Positions 38,301-51,439 of a DNA stretch of 64,000 bases are shown in pieces. The DNA is from Haplodiscus bocki (taxonomy: Eukaryota), in NCBI GenBank assembly GCA_965655095.1, contig OZ296651.1, positions 27,280,001-27,344,000 on the forward strand, read 5' to 3'. Each line of letters begins with the position of its first letter. Position 1 is the first letter of the stretch. Below the pieces are notes generated by a model. The model made no database searches and was not told where the DNA came from. It worked only from the letters and a program-made list of their open reading frames with translations. Made by a program: the position numbers and the translations under genes.

Positions 38301-40300
38301 GATGAGAGTCTAAAACATTAACTGTTTAAGAGGTTGCGTTCAAACAAAAGGTTGTTGGCAATAACAAAAAGTTATGTGAAACTGCGTTCAACCAAGAGAA
38401 TGCTAGCAGAATTCAAATGAAGATTTCCATGTGGGAGTTTTTATGATTCAGGTAAAGATAATGACAGGGGATTAGGGATTTCAACTTATCTTATTGTTCC
38501 AGTGGGAAATGTAGCCGTGTGCTTAGTATTCTTTTTAAATAATACTAAGTACGAAAGTTCAGATTTCAATAAAATGTCCCTAAAAGAAAAGTATCGTTCC
38601 AGTTTTGATAGGAAATGAGTTCTTGACATTTGAGCAGAAATTGGTTCATGATTTTCAGTTTCAGGCAAAAAAAGTTTCTGAACCTTTCAGTGCAAAGTGT
38701 ATTGTTGGTAGAGCGTTGGGCTTGAGTGATCATGGCTTTCTGAGATTGTTTGATAAAGAAACGAAAAGAAAGGGAAATTCTTTCCAATTAGTGTGGTAAA
38801 AGAAACAGTTTTGGGGTGATCATTAAAGGAAAGTTCTAAGTTCAAGGTAAAACCTTGGATACTGATATTTTGGATGTATTTCTCAATGAATTTCGTTTTG
38901 AGGATTTTTTTTACCAGCTACTGCGAAAGGGATCATGAAAAATCTTGCTTTTGTTTCTATTGATGAGAAACAAGTTACAGAGATATATTGTTTAATTGGA
39001 ACTTCAGATTGGATTGCAATAGTCAGCATTTTTGATATATTATGTTGATCATGATTACAAACATTGAACATTTGGGGGATCATCATTTGGGTTGGTATAT
39101 TCAGTACCGAAATCGATGCATCGCTATCCAATGCAAAAGCGATTTCCAGTCTTGAAGGTAAATGTGAATTAATTTTGTTCTGAGAATGAACATACAGATT
39201 GAAAATTCAGCTTGTTTGAGTTATAGTTTGTGTCATTTCAGCGGTATCCATGCTAACTTCAACTTTGTCTGCCGACTTTGAGAAGCTCTCAGTGTAATGG
39301 GCATGATTTTCAGAAGAGTTGGGGGTATAATTTTTACAAATCTTCTGGATGCCCACGCAAATCGAGAATGTGGTCTTGACCGAGGTCAAAATGAAGAATA
39401 ATATTTTCTGAAGTACTCTCGGTTGCCAGAGTTGGATCAAGAAAACGAACGATAGCGATTATTTTTGGAAAAAAGAAATGTAAAGAGATCTAGAGTTTCT
39501 TCGTTGGTTATAAAATTCAGTGTAACTTGAAGGTGATGGAATTCGTTTGGAATTGAATGCTCTATAACGATAACAATATCGAAAACGAGAAATTTTGCGT
39601 CGATCGCATGAGATTGAAAGTGATCTAAAGCAAGAGGATCGATATAGAGAATATCGATTTCTTGAATTCGAACGATTTCTCGAATCAAAACCATTGCGCG
39701 AAAGCTAGTGTATAGGATATGATGAAGGTTGTCCATTTTGATGAATTTGATTCAGGTTTGCTTTAAAGAATTGATTAATGGATTTCACAGGTGATTTCCA
39801 TCGAGGATAATAATTCCGTTTTCTTTCTTCATTTTGGCGTTGTTTGCGAAAACATTTTGAAACAGAGTCATTGGATTTCTGACAATATTTACAGATTCTC
39901 CGAAACTGAGGTTTACTCTTTTTTTTCGGAAAAGTTGTTCGCGTAAACGTGACTTCAGGATTTGGATCAGAGGTTTGAGCGGATAATTTCCGAGATTCCA
40001 GTTAGGACGTTACTTAGTTTATTTCCCGTGGTGGATCAAGAGTACGACTTTTTTCAATCGTAATAACTTCAGAATCAACAAGCTCAACCAAGGTATGAAA
40101 AGAAACGGAAGGTTCCATAACAGTAAATTTATGATTTAGTTGCCGTTTCTGAGCAAAGTCCTCAGTTTTTTTGGTAAACCTCTAGTGAAAAAATCCTTAC
40201 ACTTGAGGTTAATAGTTGCAGCAGATTCATTACCCTCGCCTTTTTAAATAATTGTTGACTTTTTAGAGCATAATAGGGTACATTTTCAGTGTCTTTTTTC
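34990..40300 (-). repeat. Two near-identical 2648-bp tandem units carrying extra leader-gag-protease modules
   Basis: ORF pairs offset by exactly 2648 bp (35007/37655, 35838/38486, 36235/38883, 36789/39437) with identical or near-identical translations. Confidence 0.93.
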
Positions 40301-42560
40301 GTTAAAGCCTGAGCTTCAACTTGTGCATAAAAAACAGTTTTCTGTCAAGTAAATTGTTTTTAAATGCAGGTACAAAAGCAGACCAGTCTTTTTTGTAAAA
40401 TTTCATGAAGTGGCAAAAAGCAGTTTAACGCGATTCAGGATAAAGAAAATTGTATAGGTGCCATTTTTTGTTTGTGCCATTGAATATAAGCTACAGGATT
40501 GAGAGGTTGTTCTCCCGTAGTAAAGATCATGTGTGTATCAATCTGATGTAATGATTCGTCAGGAGTGTTTTGTTGGTCAAGTCCATCAAAAGTTTTCATA
40601 GATTTGTTCGTCGCAACAAAAGATATGGTACGTTCTGTGTATTTACCGAAGAAGGGTTTGTTGGAGCCACAGCCGAAAGAGTTGAACGGAAAAACGCAAA
40701 AGGACCTATATTAGGTGCAGTGCGTGGTTGATATAAGGTTTCACATTGGTTTGCAGTGGTGTTTAAATTAGCATTCGTTTTGAATGGATTATTGTTGGTG
40801 CTGCTCAATGGGTGAGTATTAGCATTATTCGATTATTTTGGATTTGGTTATTATAATCAGTCAATGGATTAAATGTTGGTTCTTTCCTCTGGGTTCTATT
40901 AAATAAAAAAAATGACGGATTTGCAGTATTTTGAATATGAAATTGATGAGAAATTACACCAGAAGAGTTATCTTGAGGTTTAAACTTATTAGAAGTGTTT
41001 GGTTCAATATGAATATCAGAATTGTTTCGAATAGTTATTGTGGGAACTTGCAGTTGTTTTGTACTACCTGCTATCAGAACAGAACTGGTCGGAATGGAAA
41101 TGCCATTGACTTCAGTAGGAGATATACTTTCATTGGTTTCAGTATTGTTTATATTTGGATTTATTTTAACAGAATTTGATTGTGGTTGATGTTGGAAACC
41201 AGAACTAATAATTTGGTTTTATTCGTGAGCAGTTATTGTCTCAGTGAACGTTGAATAAATTGAACCTGTGTCATCAACATAGTGATCAACAGTTCTAGTT
41301 GCAGTGATTGCTCGTGTCTTCAGATTAGGTCAAATTTCTGATTGCAAATCAATTTCGGCATTGGTTTTGAGTAGATTATATTGTTTGGGTTGAACATGTT
41401 CAGTTTCAATCAAGAAAGGAAGTATTTTTTCTTCAGGTAGATGATTTGAGAAATTTTAAAACTGTTTCGATCTAAGGTATTCCAGATAAGTTAAAATTTA
41501 AATCGAAGAAAATTTCTCAGAAACAGAGAATAAAGTTTAATTTGTGGTTTTGTTACAATTTCTAAAACAATTAATTGAGGGAAAACGTAAAATGGAGAGC
41601 ACTTATTCGAGCAAAATCTTTCAAAAACCAGTTGTGTTGATTAGCAAATCTTTGAATTTTATCAATTTCAGAAATTTCAATAAAATATTGTATTCTGCAA
41701 AGTTTATCAATTGCAGAGGAAACAGCTACAGGTTGTTCTAAACATTCATGTAGAATCTTGCAGTTCATTCAGAAAATGTACGATTAAATCCTGAATTGCT
41801 AAATAAAAAGCTTTAGGTTTTATTGGATTTGAAAAAATTCCAGTGTTTTTTTTAACTGGGTTGAAAACAACAGTGGAAGGTACATCAGCAAAACTTGACT
41901 CAGAAGTCGTAAAATGGCTATAATAAAGATAAGAGTCACGATGTTCTCTAATCAGAGGGATTGAATAAATATCATTAAGTATTTTTCAAATGGCAGAGAG
42001 TTTGTTGAATTATATATAAAAGGTTTTCAGTGAACTTAAAAGCATAAGTAAAAAAAGCTCGTTTTTGGTTTTTGAATTTCTGCAATGATATGAAAAACCA
42101 ATGGTGTAGGAATGTAATATTCATATCATGCAACTTGTTGTGGTGGTAACTTTTCTTGATGTTGAAAGTACCATTTTAGTTTTTTTTGATAGAATTTTGT
42201 CATGTTTAATTCCAGTATCAAAAATGATTCAATTTTTGTATCAATTGAATGCGTTACAGTTCTTGTTTTCCTACAAATTGATTTGCAGCTTCACTTCTTC
42301 GTTGATGCTGTAATCGTAAACGTTCATTTTCAGTTTGAGTTTGTTCTGATGAAAAAACATCAGAGGATTGTTCTTGCATTTCTAGATATGCGTTTTGTTT
42401 TTGTCCAGCAAATTTCTTAGAATAGGAAGATTCTGGGATTTGCAGAAGGTTTTGTTGTGTATTATCAGTTGGGTGTTTTTGGTTCCACAGATGTTTAACC
42501 TTGAAGGGAGTCAGTGTTTTTCTCAGCGTCGTTGTTATTGTCATCGTTTCCATTCTCAGA
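39780..42560 (-). pseudogene. gag: gag (module 1, long form with extended N-terminal region)
   Basis: Capsid-like segment at 40300-40590 is homologous to the other modules; upstream Asn/Thr/Gln-rich decayed ORFs at 40610-42433 are absent from the other copies. Confidence 0.6.
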
Positions 42561-43971
42561 CAGAGTGTGTGAGTGTGAATTAGCAATTTGTCTGTTCGAT
42601 ATGATTTCCTGAGGAATTGAAAAAAATTGAATCCAGAAGAGTTCAATACCAAATATAAAAAGTGTTAGAACAATTCTTTGCAGAAGATTAAAGGAATGAA
42701 GCTTCAGAATGTGCGCTATATACAATTCCAGCAGCTAACAATGAAAAGTAAAATTTTATGACGGTATAAAACATTGAATTTTTGAAAACTTGCGTTCAAT
42801 CAAAAAGTTGTTGGCAATATTAAAAATTTATTTAAACTTGCCTTGTACCAGCAGATTGCTAGCAGATTTCAAATGAAAAATTCCGTGTCAGAAATTTTTT
42901 TATGGGTGGGGTTATGGATATGAGAAAATAGTCTTATTACAAGGATTGCAAAACTCTGAACAATCAAGGTTCGCGTACATTGTGTGATCAAAACCGATCG
43001 GATGATTATTGTTTTACGTTTTACAAGAGACTAGAACTTCGAAACGTAGAACAGATTTCAAAACTATCTAACATCTCTCTTATTTGACAACTAAGTCCCA
43101 GCGAAGCTTCAGGCAGTGATCTTAGCAGCCAGCCGCAGAAAAATCCAAACACGCTATGGAAAGGAACTTTCATGTGCTGTCTTTAAATCTTACGGGGTGG
43201 AAAAAGAAAAACAGGGAACCACAGCGGAGAAAACTTACTACAGAGAATGCTATGGGTTATAAGAAAGATGGAATCATGGCAACAGTAGAAAGATGTGAAG
43301 AGAAGTTTTCCTCTTCTGATCAGAGACTTGCAAAATTTTCTGAGAACAAAATTCTCAGATATTACAAAAAAACCGCAAAAAAAGGTTCAGCAGGAACGGT
43401 AATAGAAATATCAGACAGAATTGATGTAATACAGAGGTGAAATAAGAATAATTCAAAGAACTTGAAAATTTTTTTTGTTTTAGACTTTTTTTTGTTAAAA
43501 TGGTAAACTAAATTGTAGAAATAAGGCGGAATTGAAGATATAAGGAATGCTGCCCTAACAGTAGAATGTTCCAACTTCAGAGTCTAGTTTACGACACTAG
43601 AATGGAATAGAGTCATGGTCTAGGCGGGATTCAGTTAATAAAAATGACAGCGAACAAAATAGAGAAAAAATGGCCAAGTTTATAGAGCAAACGACTTTCG
43701 AAGTTTAAAGTCGAACGGACTGGAAGTTTAGAGTCAAAACAACTATCGAGTTTAAATTAAAACCAACAATTGAAATTTATGGTTCAAAAAACTGGGAATT
43801 TGAAGTCGAAACGACAGAACGAAAATTGAAGAAATTTTATTGATTTTTCCATTTTTTCGGAAAAAGATGCCCCTGAAAGATGAAGAAAAACACGTGAAAG
43901 GAAGTGTGGAAGGAGAAGGAAGAGGGGAAGTTGTTGAGAGTAAGGGTAGGGAGTCTTCACGAGGACGAAGT

Positions 43972-43989
43972 TTCACTGTCATCGCCCCA
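43972..43989 (-). promoter_or_regulatory. Primer-binding site, tRNA-Gly-like
   Basis: TGGGGCGATGACAGTGAA 3 nt inside the 5' LTR; the sister copy reads TCGTGCGTTGACAGTGAA. Confidence 0.5.
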
Positions 43990-43992
43990 AAA

Positions 43993-44287
43993 TGTACAAA
44001 TTTTTAGGTAGGTATTTGGGTTGTTGAGGTAATACTACGAGAAAGACTTGTCTAGACCTAAAGGTATTGCTACAACTTGATGTTATCTTGCGTACGCTAA
44101 TTTTTCTAAATTTTCTTAGCAGTTCTGTTCAGAAAACAAATTTTTTCTACTTCGAAAAAACTTCAACTTTAAATATATGTCTGGATCGTAAATTTTCATG
44201 AAAAGTTAAAAATAAGAATTGTAAATAGAGTTGAATGTTGTCCAATGACAATTCAAGAACTTCTTCTCTAATTGTGTGAGTATAACA
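43993..44287 (-). repeat. 5' LTR of family B element
   Basis: TG...CA termini, 295 bp, homologous to the five other LTR copies, adjacent PBS. Confidence 0.85.
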
Positions 44288-46060
44288 AAATTTCAATTTT
44301 TCTGAGCGTTGCGCGAAAAGTAGAGTATCTTTCACAAATAATTTCGAGCATCGTTGTCGAAAGCGCATTCTATGTGTCTAGAGGAGCTTTTCGAGCAAAA
44401 GTCTTTCTGAAAAGAAAATTTTTTTCAGTCTTTTTTGGAGTGTGCGCGCAAATTATTCGGAGTTTGGATAAAAACTCTCGGCCTGGATTTTCATCATTTC
44501 AATCTATTTTCCAGAGAAACCTTTTGAAGACATTTTCTTTTGACTCTAAAAATTTTAGCACTCTCGGTGAACAGTTTTAGACTTTTCACGTAAATTTTCC
44601 GGCAGGGTTGTCAAATCTGCAATCTTCAAGTCGAGAGAAAATTTTTGAGGAAGGACCTTTTCGTGTCTGACATTCGATAGGTCTCAGGTTTTTCCACAGC
44701 GCAAGGGAAAGATTAACGCACTGTTCAATTCAACTTCGAACTTTTCGGCAGTTTTGTTGAACTGCATTTTAGGTGTTTGAAGGAACAGTTTGAGGAATTT
44801 TTGTCAGGAATGTAAATATTTCTGACTTCTTTCCGTCTGGTGAGCAATGAATTATTGGTATGGAGCAGAAACTGCAGATTAGTGAATACTGCAATCTACG
44901 TGCCTAGAGGAAGGTTCTGAATGGGTTTTTTGTGCAAAACATTTTCTTTTTTTCGGGAAACTAAGCAATAAATTTTCGACATTCACTGGCAAAAGTGGGC
45001 AGGGTTGTCCAAGTTGCGTTAAATGTATCTTGAGGAATTTTTTGAGGGCAAAATTTAGTATTTTTGTTTTCGGACTCTGCTGGAAAAAGTTCCAACTTTT
45101 GTCGGAAATTGTTCGGCAGCTCTGTCAAAACTGCATTCTCCCTGTCAAGGTATTTTTTCTGAGGAATAGTTTTTTTGTGACGAACTTTCAGAACTTTTCT
45201 ATCCCGGTTTTTGCGGAAAAGTGTAGAGGATTCTTGAAGTAGAAAACTGGGCTTCGTCGAGGAAACAGTTTAGTTTTGAGGAAGGATCTTTTCTCATCTA
45301 ACATTCATGATGTTTTCATATTTTGCAGGAGAAATTCAATTTTTGGTAAAAACTTTTCAGCAAGGATGTCAAAACTGCATTACTAAAATCCAAAGGAAGT
45401 TTGTAAGGTTTTTAAGTTTGATTTCTTTTGGAAAAAATGATGCATGGTATTCAGGCTGTCAGCGAAAAATTTTGGGACAACTGGCACAAAAAAAGTCTTC
45501 AAGGTTACCAAAACCCTGCATTCCACGTGGCCAGACAAACATTTGAGGACAAAGGCTTATTGAGAAAATTAGTTTTTTTGCACTTGGTTACATTAGTATT
45601 CCAATTTTTGTGGTAATTGTGCGACAGTGTGGTCAAAAGTGACTTCTACCTGTCCAGTGACCATTTCTGTGGATTTTAGTTTTTTTAAGATTTTTTCATT
45701 ACCATGTCGTTCCCTTCCGAATCTTTGGGAAAAATTTAAAAGAGTTTCGACGTTGCCAAACCGGCAGCAACGTCGAAACGAAACTTCCCTGTATGTGTCC
45801 AGAGGATCATTTTGTGGATCTTTTAGAAGAAGACTAAATAGGTTCCAGTCATTTTGGGACTTTGTACAAAAAATATCTGCCGGGATTATGATAGTAATAT
45901 TCCACAATTCCAGAAAAACATTTTTTGAGGAAATTTACTTTCGAATCTAAATATTTTCCTGCTTTGAGCGATTAGTAATTGACTTTTGACGTAAAGTTTT
46001 CAGCTGACTTGTCAAATCCGCGATCATTGCATAGAAGGGAAAAGCTTTGAGAGAGGATTT

Positions 46061-46353
46061 TGTAACACATACACATTTAGATAAGAAATTCCTAAAAAAT
46101 CAATCCACAAAATGGAACTCCGATTAAATTTCTTATTTGAGACTTTTATCGACTATTTTTGATCTAGATGTAAAACTAGAGTTGACGCTTTACCCGAGCA
46201 GAGAGTAATTGTTCTCAAGAAACCTGCTGAGAAAACTTCGAAAAATTAGCGTACGCAAGGTAATATCGAGCTATGGCAATACCATCAAGTCTAGACAAGT
46301 CTCTTTGTAGAATTAACATAACAACCTAACTAGCTACCTGAAAAGTTAATACA
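46061..46353 (+). mobile_element. Solo LTR, family B
   Basis: TGTAACACATACAC...AAAAGTTAATACA, 293 bp; no PBS follows. Confidence 0.85.
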
Positions 46354-47266
46354 ATCATTCAATCTTTTTGTATCTAATTTTCAGAAAGATTCAAGTTTTT
46401 CCGAAGCTGGGGGAGGAATTAAAGCTTTTTCCACTTTGGCCCTAAAAAATTAGTCCGCTGAGTCGAAACTGCAGTTTAGATTTTTCGAGGAACTCTTTGG
46501 GGAATTTTTGACCAAAAGTTAAAACTTTCTGACGTTTCTTCTGATTAAATGCATTGAACTATCGGTATGGTTTGAAAAAAAGCAGTGTAATGAAAACTGC
46601 AATCTACGTACCAAGAGAAAGGTTCTGAAAAAAATTTCCCGTTGCCATTTGTTTTTTTGGAATATGAGCAATAAAAAGAAACATCCTTGGCGAAAAAGTG
46701 GCATGGGTTGTCCAGGCTGCGTTCCATGTGTCCGGCGGACTTCTGTGAGGACAATAATTTTACCAGAAAAATATTGTGTAAAAGTTTTAGTACTATGCTG
46801 CAAAGAAAACCAATTTCTGTCGCAAAATATTCGGCAGTGTTGTCAAAACCGGAGTCTACGTCTCCCGAGAAAATTCGAAGGAATAACTTTTCCTAGCATT
46901 TTTTCACGAACATTTTGTTGTCCCTTTTTTTCTGGGAAAAATTAGAGACATTTCGACTGAAAAATTTGGCTGCAGCGCCGAAACTGCCTTCTATTTTATC
47001 GAGGGAACATTTTGGGGATAAAATTTTCGAAGAAAACTAATTAAATTCCAGTCACTTTGGGACCTTGGACAAAAAATGTCTGCAGGGATTATGATAATAC
47101 AATTCTACAATTCCAAAAAAAAACCATTTTTGAGGACGTTTTCTTTTGAATTTTTTTATTTTCCTACTCTGAGCGATTAAAGTTTGACTTTTGACGTAAA
47201 ATTTTCCGCAGAGTTGTCGAAACTGCAATCTTTGTAACGAAGGAGAAAAATTTTAAGAGATGACTT

Positions 47267-47562
47267 TGTAACACATACACATTCAGAGAAGAATTTCTTG
47301 AAAAATCATTGAACAAATTGTAACTCTCTTCACATTTCTTTTTTGAGACATTTCATGAACATTTTTGATCTAGACGTAAATCTAGAGTTGAAATATTATC
47401 CAGTTAGAGAAAACTTGTTTTCTTGAGAGAACTGCCGAGAAATTTTTGAGCTTTTAGCGTACGCAAGGTAGCATCGAGTTTTAGCATTACCATCAATTCT
47501 AGACAAGTCTCTTTTTTGGAATTCAAATAACAACCTAACTAGCTACTTGAAAAGTTAATACA
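47267..47562 (+). mobile_element. Solo LTR, family B
   Basis: TGTAACACATACAC...AAAAGTTAATACA followed by ATCTTTTCGTATC (satellite resumes). Confidence 0.85.
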
Positions 47563-48472
47563 ATCTTTTCGTATCTAACTTTCAGAAAGATTCATGTTTT
47601 TGCGTAGCTGGGGGAGGAACAAACTCACTTTTCACTTTGGCCCTAAAAAATTAGTTCGCTGAGTCGAAACTGCAGTTTAGGTTTTTCGAGGAACTCCTTG
47701 AAGAATTTTTGACCAAAAGTTAAAAGTCTCTGACCTTTCTTCTGATTAAATGCATTGAATTATCGGTATGGTTTGAAAAGGGCAGTGTTGTAGAAACTGC
47801 AATCTACGTGCCAAGAGAAAGGTTCTGACGAAGTTTTCTTGTTGACAGTTTTTCAATCTTTTTTTTGGAATATCAGCAATATATTTCAATCTCCTTGGAA
47901 AAAAGTGAGCTGGGTCGTCCAAGCTGCGTTCCATGTGTCCAGCGAACTTTTGTGAGGACAACGGTTTTACCGAAAAAATATTTTCTAAAAGTTTTAGTAC
48001 TATGCTGCAAAGAAAACCAATTTCTGTCGCAAAATGTTCGGCAGTGTTGTCAAAACTGGAATCTACGTCTCCAGAGAAGTTTCAGAGGAATGATTTCTTC
48101 AACATTTTTTCACTAACTTTCCACTTTTTTCCAAAATTTGGGAAAATTTCAGATGAGTTTCGATGTACAAAAAATGGCAGCAACTTCGAAACTGCCCTCT
48201 AAGTGTCCAGAGGAACATTTTAAGCATTAACTTATCGCAGAAGACTAATTAGTTTCTAGTCACTTTGGGAAGTTGTACAAAAAAACATCTGCCGGTATTA
48301 TGATAAAACAATTCCACAATTCCGGAAAAACTTTTTCTGGGACATTTCCTTTCGAATCTAACTATTTTCCCACTCTGAGCGATTCGTGTTTTACTTTTGA
48401 CGTAAAATTTTCAGCAGAGTTCTCAAAACCGCAAAATATGCATGGAAGGGAAAGGGCTCTGAGAGAAGATCT

Positions 48473-48769
48473 TGTAACACATACACATTTAGAGAAGAAT
48501 TTCCTGAAAAATCTTTGGAAAGATTGTACTTCTGTTTGTTATTTTTAATTATGACTGTTCATGACAATTTTTGATCTAGATATAAAACTACAGTTGAAGT
48601 TTTATCCAGCTAGAGAATAGTTTTTTTCTCGAGAGAACTGCTGAGAAGTCTTTGAAAATTTAACGTACGCAAGGTAACATCGAAATTTGGCAATAGCATA
48701 AAGTCCAGACAAGTCTCTTTCGTAGTAATAACATAACAACGTAACTAGCCACTTGAAAAGTTAATATCA
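48473..48769 (+). mobile_element. Solo LTR, family B
   Basis: Preceded by GAAGATCT; TGTAACACATACAC...AAAAGTTAATATCA. Confidence 0.85.
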
Positions 48770-51439
48770 ACTTTTCGTAGTTAACTTCAAAAGGGTCCAA
48801 GTTTTTTCAGAGCTCGGGACTAATTATTGAAATTTCCACTTCGACTTTTAGAAATTATTCAGCTAAGTCGAAACTGCTTTTTAAATGTTTCAAAGAGCAC
48901 ATTGAGGAGTTTTTTGACCGAAAGTTAATTGTTTCTGACTTCTCCTTGGACTAATAGCATTGAAGTATCGGTATGGTTTGAAAAAAGGCATTGAAGTGAA
49001 AACTGTAATCTGCGTGCCAAGAAAGGGGTTCAGACAAAGTTGTCTCGTTGACAATTTCCAATCTACTTTGGAATTTGAGCAAAAAAAATCGATTTATTTG
49101 GGGAAAAAACCGAGCTGCGTTGTCCAAACCACGTTCCTTATGTCCCGAGAATTTTTTTAAAGACAACATTTTCCCGGAAAATTTAGTTTCTAAATATTTC
49201 AGTCCTTAGCTGCAAAGAAAACCAATTTTTGTTGAAAAATGTTGGGCAGTGTTGTCAAAACTGGAAACTAAGTCTGGAGAGAAATTTCAGCGGATTAATA
49301 TTTTCCAAAATTTTTTGATCAAATTTTCGTTTGTTTTCCGATCTCCTGGGAAAAATAGAGCAATTTCGAGTTAAAAGTTTCGCAGCAACGTCGAAACTGC
49401 CTTCTATGTGCAGATGAACTTTTCGAGGAAAAACTTTTCGATCAAAATTAATTAGGTTCCGGTCACTTTTGGACTTCGAGCAAAAAAAACCCTGGAATTT
49501 TCACAAAAATTTTCGACAATTCCAGAAAAACGTTTTTTGAGGACATTTCCTTTGGAGTTTAATTATTTTCCTACTCTGAGCGTTTGGTGTATGGCTTTTG
49601 AGGTAAAGTTTTCGGCAGAGTTGTTGAAATTGCAATCCATGTATGGAAGCGAAAAACTTTGAGCGAGGAACATGTAGCACATACTCATTTGGAGAAGAAT
49701 AACGTGAAAAATCATTGGGGAAAACGTAGTTCTGTTTTATTTTCCTACTTATCAATGTTCATGAATTTTTCTGATGTGTATATAAATCTAGAGTTGAAGT
49801 ATTGTCCAAGTATAGAATAGTTGTCTTCTCAAGAAAACTGCTGATAAATCTCAGAATGTTTAACGTGCGCAAAGTAATATCGAGTTGTAGCAATACCATC
49901 AAGTCTAGAAAAGTCTAATGTCTACCTAAAAAACTTTTGGATTTTCGTGCGTTGACAGTGAAAATTCATCCTCGTCAACCTTCTCTACCTTCACTCTCAA
50001 CAACTTCCTCCTTTCTTTCTCCTTCTGCAATTCCTGTCACGTGTTTTTCTTCAAATTTCAGACGTCTTTTTCCGAAATGTTCGAAAAGACAATAAATTTT
50101 TGCTGCATTTTTCTTTCAGTTGTTTCAACTTCAAACTTCAAGTCCTTGGGACTTTAAACTTCGAAAGTCGTTTCGACTAAAAACTTGGGCATCTTTTCTA
50201 CGTTTCTGTTCGCTATCAGTCTTAGTAACTGAATCCTGCCTAGACCCTGGGTCTAATTCACTGTAGATTCGTAAAATACACCTTCAGCTTAGAACATTCG
50301 ATTGTTAAGGCAGCATTTCTTTATTCTTTTGTTCCACCCTATTTCTATAATTCACTTTATAATATTTATAAAAAAAGTCGACAACAAAAAGTTTCTCATT
50401 TCTTCTGAAACTTTCATGTTCCACATCTGTAGCCACAAATTGTCCCTCTTAATTTTCTTTTACCATTTCCACTGACTCTTTTCTCATACTATAACCTCTG
50501 ATTGGTTTCATACGCAAAGTTTTTCGCTATTTTCTGGTGAAAAATTTTCATTCCATGGACGATTTTTTTTCAAACTATCTTCCTCTTGCAACGATTTCAC
50601 CTTTCATGTAACCCAAAACATTCATTGTAAGTAGTTTTCTCCTCCGTGGCTCCCTATATTTCCGTTTCCACCCCCTAAGAATTAAAAACAGGATATGAAA
50701 TTTATTTCGCCCGGAGTTCATGGAGTTTTCTGTTGCTGACAACTAAGATCATTTCCTAAAACTTCGTTCAGAACTATTTGCCAACGAAGAGAGATCCTAG
50801 ATAATAATGAATCTGTTCTCCCTGTCAAAGTTCCATTGTCTTATAAAACGCAAATGTAAAATTTTCTGATCAGTATTGATCAGAAATTGTGTGCGAACGT
50901 TGAATATTGAGAGTTTCGCAATCTTTGTCTGAAAAGTATAATCCCCTGTCATTATCTTTACCTGAAACAAAAAAACTCTCACATGGAAATCTTCATTTGA
51001 ATTCTGCTAGCATTCTTTTGGTTGAACGCAGTTTCACATAACTTTTTGTTATTGCCAACAACCTTTTGTTTGAACGCAACCTCTTAAACAGTTAATGTTT
51101 TAGACTCTCATCAGATTTTTCGTTTTCATTCTTGGCTGCTTGAACTCTACAAACATAAACAACAATCCAAAACTTCATTTATGCAATCTTCTGCAAAAAG
51201 TTTTTCAACAGTTTATTCTTGTTCATTGAAGTCTTCTGGATTCAAATGTTTCTAGTTACTTTGCAAAGTTTATGATACCATGTCAAACAAACAAAACACC
51301 AATTCACACTCAAACAATTTATCTGAAAATAAAAATGATGATATTAACAACCCCACTGAGAATAAAACTGAGTCTCTCTAAAGTGAGACGTCTGTGGACC
51401 CAAACACAAACCCAACTGATAATACACAACAAGCGCCTC

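Larger units (their letters stand above)
18217..44287 (-). mobile_element. Giant env-bearing Ty3/gypsy LTR retroelement (family B), decayed
   Basis: Direct ~295-bp LTRs, PBS-like site, gag with CCHC, PR-RT-RH-INT order, env-like gene and long 3' region; flanked by the same satellite on both sides. Confidence 0.85.
44288..49672 (+). repeat. Second block of the ~127-bp satellite, with embedded solo LTRs
   Basis: Same core motif and orientation as 10988-18216; diagnostic monomer (ATCGGTATGGTT) near 46560, 47760 and 48965. Confidence 0.9.
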
